A DNA stretch of 64,000 nucleotides. Source: an uncultured Alphaproteobacteria bacterium (lineage in GTDB: Bacteria; Pseudomonadota; Alphaproteobacteria; Methylaequorales; Methylaequoraceae). Below are positions 19,387 through 30,125 of this stretch, one piece after another. Made by a program: the position numbers and the translations under genes. Location of the stretch: NCBI GenBank assembly GCA_902536655.1, contig CACAYF010000005.1, positions 5,790-69,789 on the forward strand, given 5' to 3'. Numbering within the stretch: position 1 is the stretch's first letter; each line of letters starts with the position of its first letter. The notes beneath the pieces were generated by a model. It saw nothing but the letters and a program-made list of their open reading frames with translations, was not told the origin of the DNA and ran no database searches.

Positions 19387-20402
19387 GATTTAAAAAGTCC
19401 GATTGTGTTTTTTAATTTTGTTAAGCTTTCATTTGCCATTTCGTTCGCTCTAAGATTTCCATCCCTAAGAATCGAATCAAGATAATCTACATTTTTTAAA
19501 AGCTTCTTCATTTCAGAAGAAATTAAAGAAATTTTCTCGACAATAAGATCGCTTAAATCTTTTTTAAAAATTTTAAAATCTTTGTCGACATAGTTGGATA
19601 TTACATTATCTACCGATTCATTATCTAATGCAGAAAAAATATTTATTAAATTTTTGATTTCGGGTCGACCATCTAAATCTTGAAAATGTTCTGGGAACGG
19701 ATGAGAATCTGTTTTGGCTTTCTGAATTTTTTTTTCTATTTCTACAGCGTTGTCCGATAGATTAATTCTAGACTGATCTGATGGATCTGATTTACTCATC
19801 TTCTTCATGCCATCTCTTAGGCTCATCACCCTTGTAGCATTTCCAGTAATGATTGGTTCAGGAATTGGGAAAAAATCATTTTGATAATATCTATTAAACG
19901 CTTGTGCAATATCTCTTGATAATTCCAAGTGTTGTTTTTGATCATCTCCAACAGGCACATGTGTTGATTTATAAAGAAGAATATCAGCGGCCATTAATAC
20001 CGGATATGAATATAAACCAAGCGGCGCTCTCTCTTTATTTTTTCCTGCTTTATCTTTAAATTGAGTCATTCTATTAAGCCAACCAATTGGTGTATGGCAA
20101 CTCAATATCCATGCAAGCTCACTGTGTCCTGTGACGTTTGATTGAACAAAAATTATTGTTTTTTTAGGATTTATTCCTGAGGCAATATATGCGGCTGCGA
20201 CTTCTCTTGTATTTTGAAGTATTTGCGTGCGACTATCTGAAGTAGTAAGAGCATGCAAGTCTACAATACAAAAAATACAATTATTGCTAGATTGAAGTTC
20301 AATCCAATTTTTTATTGCCCCGAGATAATTGCCTAGATGAAGATTACCGGTTGGCTGCACCCCTGAAAAAACCAAATTATTTACTTTTTCTGAATTTTCC
20401 AT
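19383..20402 (-). CDS. trpS: Tryptophanyl-tRNA synthetase
   Basis: FSGVQPTGNLHLGNYLG, YPVLMAADIL, VPVGDDQKQH, KMSKS. Confidence 0.99.
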   Translation of the reverse strand: MENSEKVNNLVFSGVQPTGNLHLGNYLGAIKNWIELQSSNNCIFCIVDLHALTTSDSRTQILQNTREVAAAYIASGINPKKTIIFVQSNVTGHSELAWILSCHTPIGWLNRMTQFKDKAGKNKERAPLGLYSYPVLMAADILLYKSTHVPVGDDQKQHLELSRDIAQAFNRYYQNDFFPIPEPIITGNATRVMSLRDGMKKMSKSDPSDQSRINLSDNAVEIEKKIQKAKTDSHPFPEHFQDLDGRPEIKNLINIFSALDNESVDNVISNYVDKDFKIFKKDLSDLIVEKISLISSEMKKLLKNVDYLDSILRDGNLRANEMANESLTKLKNTIGLFKS

Positions 20403-21946
20403 TTATTTATCTCTAATTCTTTAATTCCTAAAAAATACATCAGTGCAGAATAAATAATTATCCCAAAAATAATACATAAAATAAGAATAAAATTTGTATT
20501 AAATAAAGTATACATTTCAAAATTATTTATCATAAACTCATAAGTTTTTAAAACAATATAAGACATAGTTAGTGATGCTAATGAGACTTTAAGAAACACT
20601 TTAAAAATTGAAATATCAAAAGAGTAGTTAAGATTTTTGTTTAATATATAAAAAAGTAAAATAAAATTTATCCAAGCAGATACAGAAGTTGAAATTGCTA
20701 AACCAACATGAAGAAACTCCCTTATTAAGATTAGATTTAGTATTAAATTAATTGACATACAAAATAAAGAAATTTTTATAGGAGTTTTTGTATCTTCATT
20801 TGCGAAAAATGGAATAACTAAAATTTTTATCATAATGAAAGCTGGCAAACCACAGCACAGCGCAATAAGTGCTGAGCTAGTTGCTTGAACATCTTTATAT
20901 TCAAATGCTCCTCTGAAAAATAAAAATGAGATAATGTTTTCTGAAAAAATCAACAATCCAAAAAAAGAAGGAATTGAAAATAAAATTCCAAATTTTATTG
21001 CTTTTGAAATGCTTTTTTCAGCTTCTTTCTTTTGGTTTTTTTTAACCTGAGACGATAAAACTGGTAACAATGCAGTGCCAATTGCAATTCCAAGTACACC
21101 TAAAGGAAGTTGATTTACTCTATCTGCATAGTATAAGAAAGAAATGGAACCGTCTGGAAGTGTTGATGCAAGAATCATATCAATCAACAAATTGATTTGA
21201 TAAGCACCATTTCCTAAAATTGCTGGCAACAATAACTTAAAAAATTTAGTTATTTCTTTATCACGTTTGAATGTCTTTAAAAAAGAAAAATTTATAGAAA
21301 GCTTAGATTTATTTCTTCGAATATTATAGTACATCCATATGACTTGAATTATTCCTGCAATTGAGACAACAAAACTTAATGTAGAAGAAATTAAAAATAA
21401 ATTTTCAGATTTAAAAAAGATAAGAAGTGTAAAAATCAACGATAAATTTAAAATGATCGGGGTGACAGCCATTGAAGCAAATTTTCCCAGTGTATTTAAA
21501 TAAGCTCCCATCAGAGACGTTAAACAAATAAAAAGAACAAATGGAAATGTAAATCTTGTCAAATTAATTGAATGATTAAATTTTTCAGGGTTATCTGAAA
21601 AACCAGGTGCAATAAGAGTAATTATTAATGGCATGAAAATTTCTAAGATGAGAACAAATGCCAAAAGTGCGACTAAAAGGAATGAAAAAATATTTGAAAA
21701 AAAAGCGTCAGCACTTTTTTTACCTGATTTAGTCCTTACTCCTGAAACCACTGGTATGAACGCAGCATTCATTGCACCTTCTCCTAAAATTCTTCTGAAC
21801 AAATTAGGTAATTTAAAAGCTACAAAAAAACAGTCAGAAATCAAACCGGCTCCAATTACTCTTGCAATAAGTAAATCTCTGAAATAACCAAGTATCCTAC
21901 TTAGGAATGTTAAAGATCCGACTATAGAGATTATTTTAAATAGCAT
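20381..21946 (-). CDS. murJ: Lipid II flippase MurJ
   Basis: SRILGYFRD, AFKLPNLFRRILGEGA, YYADRVNQLPLG; many TM helices. Confidence 0.97.
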   Translation of the reverse strand: MLFKIISIVGSLTFLSRILGYFRDLLIARVIGAGLISDCFFVAFKLPNLFRRILGEGAMNAAFIPVVSGVRTKSGKKSADAFFSNIFSFLLVALLAFVLILEIFMPLIITLIAPGFSDNPEKFNHSINLTRFTFPFVLFICLTSLMGAYLNTLGKFASMAVTPIILNLSLIFTLLIFFKSENLFLISSTLSFVVSIAGIIQVIWMYYNIRRNKSKLSINFSFLKTFKRDKEITKFFKLLLPAILGNGAYQINLLIDMILASTLPDGSISFLYYADRVNQLPLGVLGIAIGTALLPVLSSQVKKNQKKEAEKSISKAIKFGILFSIPSFFGLLIFSENIISFLFFRGAFEYKDVQATSSALIALCCGLPAFIMIKILVIPFFANEDTKTPIKISLFCMSINLILNLILIREFLHVGLAISTSVSAWINFILLFYILNKNLNYSFDISIFKVFLKVSLASLTMSYIVLKTYEFMINNFEMYTLFNTNFILILCIIFGIIIYSALMYFLGIKELEINKWKIQKK

Positions 21947-24512
21947 TACTTAAATTTTGACTGAGTTTATTTTGGATTTCAGTCTTTAATTTTGTTATCA
22001 TTGTTTTGTTTTGTATCTTTGAGCCATATTCACTTCTTAAATGAAAACTATCCTCCACAAAATCACCATTAGTTGAAATTTTGGCCATTGATATAATAAT
22101 CTTATTTTTTAAAAGGATTTTTGAAATATCATACAAAAGCTTAGGTCTGTTATTTGTCTTTACAATCAAAATACTATAAGTTGCAGAAGAAATATTATCA
22201 ATTTCAACATCAGCTTTATTTTCAAGAAACTTGCTTTTTGATTTTATGTCATCCTTTAATTTAAATTCTAATCCTTCTCCCAAATCTTTAATTTTTTGAT
22301 TTAAAGATTTTAGAGAGTTTTTGGCATCATATTTACTATATTTTCTATTTTGATTAAAAGATAATTTAAATGTATCTATAACCGTTCCATTGTCTAACGT
22401 AAAGATTCTAGATTCATAGATTGATAAATCTTCAGATACAAAAATCGATATTAGATTCAAGAATAGACCTGGCCTGTCCTTGGTTACAATAATAATGTCA
22501 AAAAATGAGGTGTTACTAAATTTTTGAATCACATAATCAAAATTAATATTCTCATTTAAAAGAAACTTTTCTATCTGGTAAGCTATCATTTTCTCAGACT
22601 GTAGTAACCAATAATTAGGGTAGGAGATTTTGGAAATTTCAGACATCTTGGACTTTGTGATCTTTCTAGAACTTTTCACAATATTTTGTTGAATTTTTGA
22701 TATTTTATTGTTCAAACTTGTTACTTTTACGGGCTTTCTAATTTGTTTTTCTATCTTTAAAAAAAGCTTGCTCAGTAATGTCGCTTTCCAATTGTTCCAT
22801 AAACCCTGATCTACTGCTGAAATGTCAGTTACTGTAAGAATAAATAAAGATCTTAAAAAAGGAATGTTTTTAATTTTCTGTGTTACATGTCTTATAACCG
22901 AATGATCTTCAAAGTCTTTTTTAAAAGCAACATCACTCAGTAATGAATGATTATACACAAGTTTTGAAGTTTGATTAGCCACAGTTATATTTTCCCCTAA
23001 TCTTAAGACAATTTTTTTTGAAATTTCTTTACCTTTTTTGTTATGTTCTCCACCTTTCCCTTTTCCAATATCGTGTAAAAGAGCTGCATAAAAAAGAGAC
23101 CTTCTATTTAAATTTTTTTTAATTTCATTAAAGGAAAAAGAATAATTTTTATTTACCATTTCACCTTTTTCCAAATCTTTCAAAATGTTTAACGCTTTTA
23201 TAGTATGTTGACCAACTGACAAAGAATGAAATCTATCAAATTGGGGAAGATCAGATATTTTAGAGAATTCAGGTATTAACTTTGAAACTATTCCTATTTC
23301 ATATAAATTTACAAATTTTTTTTTATCCAATGAAAAAAATATTTTTCTAAATAGTTTTATATTTTTTTCAGTAAAAATTTCTTTTCTTGCGAGCTTGTTT
23401 ATGTTCTCGAATGCAAGCCTTCTATCGTTTCCATTATCAATTCCTTTATCTACCTTTTTTAGATAAGCTTCAAGTTTGAATTCATGTTTTACTTTTAAGG
23501 AATTTAATTCAAGATGTTTGCTCTTATTTTTAAGTAATTTATCAATTATTTGTGTAAAAATTTCTGTCAAATTTTTAGTATCTCTAATACTTCTAAAATA
23601 ATTTTTAATCATTTTCTCCACATAAAGATTTTGATTTTTAACAGCAATTTTTTTTGGAATTTTATAAATTAGTCTGGAAATACTAATTTGAAAATCAAAA
23701 GACAGCTTATCATTTGCTCTTTCACTTAAATAGTGGAGATGGCATCTTAATAACAACAAAAATTCTAATGAAGATCTCAATGTTTTTTTTTCTTTGATTG
23801 ATAACAAATCAGATGATGTTTTAAAGTCATTAGCATTGAGCATTTTGAAAATATTTATACCCCAAAAAATTAAATTGATATCTCTTAGCGAACCTTCACT
23901 TTCTTTTAAATTTGGTTCATTTTTGAAATAGTCATAACCAACCTCTATTACCCGTTTGTTTCTCTCATCTAGCTTATTTCTCAAGAGTCTATCTCCATAC
24001 TTCACGATGTCTGCTCTAAAGTTTTTCTGTAATTCATTAAATAAAATCTTCGATCCGCAAATGTTCCTTGCGTCTAACATTGAAGTTTGTATCACGTGAT
24101 CTTTTCTTGATAATCTTATTGATTCCTCAACATTTCTTACCGCATAACCTATATTTAAACCTAAATCCCATAAAGGAAATAGAAAAAGCTCTACAAGTTT
24201 TTTCTTGCTTTCTTCACTTACATTGTTTTGAAATAAAAAAAGTAGGTCTAAATCCGAGTAGGGTGCTAATAATTCTCTTCCGTATCCTCCAACAGCACAA
24301 ATACAAAAAATGACATTTGATTCGATTTGATATTTTGTTTTGGATTTATAAATTTCGACAATAAGTTCATCAATCAATTTTGAGTTAGCTTTACAGCAAT
24401 TAATCGCTTTGTTTTGCTTTAAAAAATCAATTTTTATCTTTTCTCTTTGGGTAAGAAAACTTTTTTTAAGCGTTTGAAATTCTTTATCAATTATTTTTTG
24501 CTTTACTTCCAT
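21936..24512 (-). CDS. glnD: PII uridylyltransferase/uridylyl-removing enzyme
   Basis: AVGGYGRELLAPYSDLDL, EPNLKESEGSLRD, QFDRFH..VGQH, LLHDIGKG, two ACT domains (DRPGLF, NRPKLL). Confidence 0.95.
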   Translation of the reverse strand: MEVKQKIIDKEFQTLKKSFLTQREKIKIDFLKQNKAINCCKANSKLIDELIVEIYKSKTKYQIESNVIFCICAVGGYGRELLAPYSDLDLLFLFQNNVSEESKKKLVELFLFPLWDLGLNIGYAVRNVEESIRLSRKDHVIQTSMLDARNICGSKILFNELQKNFRADIVKYGDRLLRNKLDERNKRVIEVGYDYFKNEPNLKESEGSLRDINLIFWGINIFKMLNANDFKTSSDLLSIKEKKTLRSSLEFLLLLRCHLHYLSERANDKLSFDFQISISRLIYKIPKKIAVKNQNLYVEKMIKNYFRSIRDTKNLTEIFTQIIDKLLKNKSKHLELNSLKVKHEFKLEAYLKKVDKGIDNGNDRRLAFENINKLARKEIFTEKNIKLFRKIFFSLDKKKFVNLYEIGIVSKLIPEFSKISDLPQFDRFHSLSVGQHTIKALNILKDLEKGEMVNKNYSFSFNEIKKNLNRRSLFYAALLHDIGKGKGGEHNKKGKEISKKIVLRLGENITVANQTSKLVYNHSLLSDVAFKKDFEDHSVIRHVTQKIKNIPFLRSLFILTVTDISAVDQGLWNNWKATLLSKLFLKIEKQIRKPVKVTSLNNKISKIQQNIVKSSRKITKSKMSEISKISYPNYWLLQSEKMIAYQIEKFLLNENINFDYVIQKFSNTSFFDIIIVTKDRPGLFLNLISIFVSEDLSIYESRIFTLDNGTVIDTFKLSFNQNRKYSKYDAKNSLKSLNQKIKDLGEGLEFKLKDDIKSKSKFLENKADVEIDNISSATYSILIVKTNNRPKLLYDISKILLKNKIIISMAKISTNGDFVEDSFHLRSEYGSKIQNKTMITKLKTEIQNKLSQNLSNAI

Positions 24513-24516
24513 TATC

Positions 24517-27198
24517 TTAGAAGTTTTTTTTCATAGCATAAAGAATATCTAGTGCATCTTTAGGACTAACCTCATCAAGATTGACTCTGTCTAACATGTT
24601 TTGAAGATCATTTAATTTATTTTCAATAATATTATCATTTGCATTAAAGCCATCATTTTTTTTTGAAGTTGCTTTATACTCTTTTTCTGAATCAAATGAC
24701 TCTAGAATTTCTTTAGATCTAATTACAATTGGTTTTTTTAATCCAGCCATGTTAGCAACATGCAAGCCAAATGATCCCTCTGATATCCCATCAACTACTT
24801 TATAAAGAAAAATAATATCATCATTCCATTTTTTAATTTGAAGTGTCTTGAGTTCTAGACATTTATAATCACTTGATAGAGAGCTAAGCTGTTTATAATG
24901 CGTTGCAAAAAGTGTTAAGCAATTTATTTCTTTTAATATAAACTCCAACACTGCTTGTGCTATAGCAAGTCCGTCTTCGGTAGATGTGCCTCTTCCAAGC
25001 TCATCCAAAATTACAAGTGAGTTTTTAGTTGCTTCATTGATTATTCTCGAAGTCTCTATCATTTCTGTCATAAAAGTTGACATACCCTTGGACAAGTTGT
25101 CTGAAGCTCCAATTCTCGTAAATACTTTATCAAAAACACCTAGGTTGGCAGACTTTGCTGGTACAAATGAACCAATTTGATTTAAAATAATTATGATTGC
25201 AGTCTGCCTTAAAAAAGTACTTTTACCTGCCATATTTGGACCAGTCATAAGCCAAGCGAAATTATTTTTATTCATAACACAATCGTTTGGAGTAAATTCT
25301 TGCGCATTTTTAAATAAACTTTCTTCTACTACAGGATGTCGACCATCAGTTATTTCAATCTTATTTTCTCTAACAATATTTGGTCTACAGTAATTCTTAT
25401 CTAGTGCTAGACTTGCAAAACTTGAAATTACATCTACGAACGAAATTTTTTTGGAGATGTGATAAATTTCCTTATTTGCGTTGTTTATTTTCTGACAGAT
25501 CTCACTATAAAGATCTTTTTCAAGTATAATTGATTCCTCTTGAGCATTAAGTATTTCATCAGAAACTTTCCTAAGTTCTTCTGTTTGAAACCGTGAATTA
25601 TTCACAGTATTTTGAATTAGATTAAATTTAAAGTTCTCATTATTTATTACTTTTTTCGCATTTTTATTTGTTACCTCAACGAAATATCCATGAATATTAT
25701 TGAACTTTATTTTTAAATTTGTGATTTCTGTAAGTCGGCCATATTCTTCCTGCATGTCGAGTATTTCTTTTTGTTTTAGATTTTTAATATCTCTAAGAGA
25801 ATCAAGTTTACTATTAACACCTTTTTTAAATACTCCTCCATCATGCAAATTAACTGGAGGGTTTTCTGTTATATTATTTGAAATGACTTTTTCCAGAATC
25901 ATTGCTTTTTCTAATGAAAGATTGTTGGGTAAAAGAAGATCCATTTCTTCACTTTTAAAACCTCGTACCTCTTCAAATATTTCATGCGCATTTGTAACGA
26001 AGTTTTTCAATATTAAAAGATCTCTAGGGTTATTTAAATTAGCACTTATTCTAGATAATGCTCTTTCGACATCTGAAAGTTGCGACAAAAAATTAATAAT
26101 TCGTTCCGTTGCAAGAGAGTGTCTTATCAAATTGTCAACTAATTGGTGTCTTCTTTTTATTTCATTTTTATCTATAAGAGGTTCCTTCAAAAAATCTTTG
26201 ATTAATCTGCCGCCTGAAGCAGTTTTAGTTTTGTCTATAACGCTAAGAAGAGAACCATCTTTTTGACCATCATTTTTTTCTAATAATTCCAGACTTTTAA
26301 TTGAAAAATGATCAATTTGCATATAATTTTTTTTATCGACCAACTCAAAATTATTAATTAAAGGAATATTTTGTTTTTGTGTAAGTTCCAAATAATGTAT
26401 TAAAGCCCCTAAGGCGCTCATATCTGAATCACTCAAATCGCCCAGCGTCTCAATAAAAGATCGCTTAAAAAATTCTTTTATTTTAGATTTATTACTTTCA
26501 AAATCAAAAAAATTGCTAGGAACTTTTGAAATTTTCTTCTCCAGATAATTAAATTTTGAGTCGAGCAATTTTATTTTATCTATTTTATCTGAAATAATTA
26601 TTTCCTCAGGAGCAATTTTGTTTATCAATTCATAAAGCTCGTTAATTGAATTCTTGCCTTTAACTCTTTGAAGCTTTATCACACCCGTTGACATATCAGA
26701 CCAGGATATTGATATATCTCCCTTTATGATCGAGATACTTAAAAGATGGTTGTTTATTTTTGAATCAAGAAGAGAATCATCTAATATTGTCCCAGGTGTA
26801 ATAATTCTTACGACATCTCTTGTAAAAATTTTTTTATTTTTTGATGAAGTAATTTGGTCATCTTTTGTTTCCAACTGTTCCGCGACTGCAACTTTATAAC
26901 CTTGATTTATTAATCTTGATAAATAGTTTTGCGATGCATGTGCTGGAACGCCGCACATTGGAATATCCTTATTATTTAATTTTCCTCTCTTTGTGAGAGC
27001 AATGCCTAATGCTGAAGAAGCTTCTATGGCGTCCTCAAAAAAAAGCTCGTAAAAGTCTCCCATTCTATAAAACAATAAGTATTCTTTGTGTCTTGATTTT
27101 ACCTCCAAATATTGTTGCATCATTGGAGTAGGTTTAGACTTTTCATTAATCGTGTCCAATGGATTGAAACCTTTTATATCAGGTTGTTTTAATTTCAT
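24517..27198 (-). CDS. mutS: DNA mismatch repair protein MutS
   Basis: TPMMQQY, FYRMGDFYELFF, GRHPVVE, TGPNMAGKST, STFMTEM, DELGRGTS, FATHY. Confidence 0.99.
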   Translation of the reverse strand: MKLKQPDIKGFNPLDTINEKSKPTPMMQQYLEVKSRHKEYLLFYRMGDFYELFFEDAIEASSALGIALTKRGKLNNKDIPMCGVPAHASQNYLSRLINQGYKVAVAEQLETKDDQITSSKNKKIFTRDVVRIITPGTILDDSLLDSKINNHLLSISIIKGDISISWSDMSTGVIKLQRVKGKNSINELYELINKIAPEEIIISDKIDKIKLLDSKFNYLEKKISKVPSNFFDFESNKSKIKEFFKRSFIETLGDLSDSDMSALGALIHYLELTQKQNIPLINNFELVDKKNYMQIDHFSIKSLELLEKNDGQKDGSLLSVIDKTKTASGGRLIKDFLKEPLIDKNEIKRRHQLVDNLIRHSLATERIINFLSQLSDVERALSRISANLNNPRDLLILKNFVTNAHEIFEEVRGFKSEEMDLLLPNNLSLEKAMILEKVISNNITENPPVNLHDGGVFKKGVNSKLDSLRDIKNLKQKEILDMQEEYGRLTEITNLKIKFNNIHGYFVEVTNKNAKKVINNENFKFNLIQNTVNNSRFQTEELRKVSDEILNAQEESIILEKDLYSEICQKINNANKEIYHISKKISFVDVISSFASLALDKNYCRPNIVRENKIEITDGRHPVVEESLFKNAQEFTPNDCVMNKNNFAWLMTGPNMAGKSTFLRQTAIIIILNQIGSFVPAKSANLGVFDKVFTRIGASDNLSKGMSTFMTEMIETSRIINEATKNSLVILDELGRGTSTEDGLAIAQAVLEFILKEINCLTLFATHYKQLSSLSSDYKCLELKTLQIKKWNDDIIFLYKVVDGISEGSFGLHVANMAGLKKPIVIRSKEILESFDSEKEYKATSKKNDGFNANDNIIENKLNDLQNMLDRVNLDEVSPKDALDILYAMKKNF

Positions 27199-27237
27199 AT
27201 TAATTTAAATTAGTATACAAAATATTAAATCATTTTC

Positions 27238-28488
27238 ATGTTTGTTCATAAAGATATAATTATTGTATTTCTTTTTTTGTTTGTTGTATCCTTAATCTTG
27301 CTAATAATTTTCATAAAAGATTTGAAGATTATTAGTAAATCGCTGCAAAATTTTAAAGGGAGTGCAGTTAGATCAGATAAGGTTTTTTTCTTTAATCTTT
27401 TTCAACCGCTAATTTTTAATCTTAATTTAATAATAAAAAATCTTAATGAAAAGTCGAAATTCTCAAGATTGAGAATTTTTTTCTATGACTATTTTTTTCA
27501 ATTTTTTCCTGATCCCCTTCTTATAATTGATCAAAACAACATAATTATTGAAATGAATGAACAAGCAATTAATTTTTTTGGAGAAGATTCAAAACAAAAA
27601 AATATTTTCTCAGCTATTAGAATACCAGAGCTAAGCTCGCTTATCGATGAATCTGTTAAACAAAAGAAACCTGTTGAGAAAGAGTTAAATTTAATTTATC
27701 CAAAGGAAAAAATCTTTAATATTTGGGTTTCTGGCAGAAGAGATTTGGGGAAAAATAAATTAAATTTCATCAGACTATTTGATACGACATCTCAGCACAA
27801 TGTCCAAAATATTCAAAGAGATTTTATTGCTAATGCAAGTCACGAATTGAAAACTCCAATTGCCTCAATAATTGGATATTGTGAAACTTTATTAAATGAA
27901 CCTCCCAAAATAAAATCAAAAAAAGAGGATTTTCTTAAAACTATGTTCAATGAAGCAACAAGAATGTCATCTTTGGTTAAAGATTTATTGTCACTTTCAA
28001 GAATTGAAAGGATCGAGTATATCCCCCCAGAAGAAAAAGTTAACCTAATTGAAATTTTAGAAAACGTTAAGAAGACATGTCAGGAAAGAAAGTTTTTGAG
28101 CAAAACTAAATATAAATTTACAATTCCTAAAAGCAATATTGAAATTATTGGAGATAAAACAGAATTACAGCAAGTTTTTTTTAATATTATTGAGAATGCA
28201 ATAACACACAGCCAATCTAAAAGAGCCGTGCAGATTAAATTAATGCAGAAACAGAGGAAAGTAATGTTTCTTGTTCAAGATTTTGGAATTGGAATTTCTA
28301 ATCAAAATATCCCAATGCTTACCAAAAGATTCTACAGAATTGATTCAGCGCGGCCGCGGGATACAGGTCACACAGGTCTTGGTCTATCGATTGTTAAACA
28401 CATTCTTAATAGGCATAATGCTGAATTGAAAATTCACTCTGAAATTGACAAGGGCTCTTTATTTTCTATTAGCTTTGATAAATTATAG
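27238..28488 (+). CDS. phoR: Phosphate regulon sensor histidine kinase PhoR
   Basis: TM + PAS-like region + DFIANASHELKTP H-box, NIIENA, VQDFGIGI, RFYRID, GHTGLGLSIVKH; heads the pst/pho cluster. Confidence 0.92.
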   Translation: MFVHKDIIIVFLFLFVVSLILLIIFIKDLKIISKSLQNFKGSAVRSDKVFFFNLFQPLIFNLNLIIKNLNEKSKFSRLRIFFYDYFFQFFPDPLLIIDQNNIIIEMNEQAINFFGEDSKQKNIFSAIRIPELSSLIDESVKQKKPVEKELNLIYPKEKIFNIWVSGRRDLGKNKLNFIRLFDTTSQHNVQNIQRDFIANASHELKTPIASIIGYCETLLNEPPKIKSKKEDFLKTMFNEATRMSSLVKDLLSLSRIERIEYIPPEEKVNLIEILENVKKTCQERKFLSKTKYKFTIPKSNIEIIGDKTELQQVFFNIIENAITHSQSKRAVQIKLMQKQRKVMFLVQDFGIGISNQNIPMLTKRFYRIDSARPRDTGHTGLGLSIVKHILNRHNAELKIHSEIDKGSLFSISFDKL

Positions 28489-28514
28489 CCTTTTAAAAAA
28501 CTTTTATATTCATC

Positions 28515-28558
28515 TTATCATCAAATTGCCTCTAAACAGTCACTTAACTGTAACAATT
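28515..28558 (+). promoter_or_regulatory. Pho box array upstream of the porin
   Basis: CAGTCAC-TTAA-CTGTAAC at 28537-28554 fits CTGTCAT-N4-CTGTMAY; two weaker in-phase 11-bp units precede it (TTATCATCAAA, TTGCCTCTAAA). Confidence 0.8.
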
Positions 28559-28598
28559 GTTAATTACCTTAATTAATAAATATTGATTAAGGAGAATT

Positions 28599-30004
28599 AT
28601 GAAAAAATTTTATTGTGGATTGGCTGCATCAGCGATTAGTTTGTTATATTCAAATGCACACAGTCAAGATTACGGTGCTCAAATTGACGCATTACAAAAT
28701 GAATTACTAAAAATGAAACAAGAAATGAATAAAGGAACTAACAATAAGGCTTTCTTTAAGAAAGGAAAAGGACTTAGTATTGAAAGTTCTGATGGAAAGT
28801 ATTCTTTCCAGATTAAAGGTAGAGCTATGTATGATATTTCTCATATAGATGGTATGACTAATGATAGTTCAGTTGGTCATGCAAATAAATTCGATAGTTT
28901 TGGTGCTGAATTTAGAAGACTTAGATTTTCTATTAAAGTAGGTTTAGGCGATGGCTGGAGTTTGGCCTTTCAACCTGACTTTGCCGAAACAATTTCTGAT
29001 GATTCTAATACAAACGGTAAGGGTGTTGATGTTAAAGATGCTTTGATCAAAAAGAAAATCAAAGGAGTTGGCTCTTTCATGTTTGGTAACGCTAAATCAG
29101 CTGGAGGATATTGGGAGAACACAAGTTCAAATAGTATTTTGATGATGGAACGCCCAATGTATAATGCGTTTGCAAATCTAGCGCATAGAGCTGGCCTTCA
29201 TTATGATAATGATGGGGCACTTTTTCCGAAGGGATTTCATGTAAGAGCGTTACTTATTGGATATGGTAATGAGGGTGCATGGAGAATTGAGCAAGAAGAT
29301 GGTGATGGTGGTGAAGTTACTTGGAACCACTCAATTGCAGCTCACTACACTGGTAAAGGCCTTTTTGATCAATTCATAGGAGGAAAGGATACATGGTTAC
29401 TGGGAGCCTCTTGGCAAATGGAAAGACCACTAAATGATCATACACGAAGCGTTTCCTTCCGACAAAATGGAGTGCATACCCTAGGAGAAAAAATTGTCGA
29501 TACCTCTATTTCTAATATATCTAGCTATCATTACGGAGGGCCTCAATTCCAATATTCTAATGGAAGATACTATTTAGCTACAGAATATTATTGGATTACA
29601 GGCGAGCGCAGAGACGGTTACACCGTTTATGATGATTACAGCGCAGAGGGGGATCTATTTATGGTCAATATTTCTTCAATAGTGATGCAACGGTCAAAAT
29701 AAGTTCAAAAAAAGGTAAAATTGGTGGCGTAAATTGTAAAGCTAAATTCGGATGTACTGCAGCCAAATTTATGCTTGAATCGATCGATACCAGAGACGGT
29801 GAATTAAATGGTTTAAATGGTACACATGGTAAGGCGATTCATATTGGGCTAAATCACTATTTCAACAGTAATGTTAGATTAATGATCGATGCTACTAGAG
29901 GTGTATATTTAGGTGGGCACAATGACTTTTATAGCGATGGCAATAGAGCGGACAGAAGACACACCATGACGTCCATCCAGGCTAGACTGCATGCTAAATT
30001 TTAA
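28599..30004 (+). pseudogene. OprO/OprP-type phosphate-selective porin, split by one frameshift at a G5 run (29648-29652)
   Basis: Signal peptide, coiled coil, GAEFRRLRF, VKDALI, TSSNSILMMERP, IGLNHYFNSNVRLM, C-terminal ARLHAKF beta-signal; one extra G joins ORFs 28599-29702 and 29771-30004 into a stop-free 468-aa frame. Confidence 0.85.
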
Positions 30005-30031
30005 ACATTAAAGTTAATTTTAAATTTATTT

Positions 30032-30056
30032 AAAGGTGAGGCTTGCTCACCTTTTT
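30032..30056 (+). terminator. Intrinsic terminator of the porin gene
   Basis: AAAGGTGAG-GCTTG-CTCACCTTT hairpin ending in a T run, 28 nt after the stop. Confidence 0.85.
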
Positions 30057-30125
30057 CCTATTTCTTGCAGATTGTACAAACATTATTATTCAACTTATAA
30101 GAGTAAAAATGAAAAATGTTTTATT

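Noticed and set aside
24088..24103. parS-like palindrome TGTATCACGTGATCTT
   Set aside because: Five mismatches to TGTTTCACGTGAAACA and inside glnD coding sequence.
29707..29714. AAAAAAAG slippery sequence as a programmed -1 frameshift that could rescue the porin
   Set aside because: It lies after the in-frame TAA at 29700-29702, so ribosomes terminate before reaching it.
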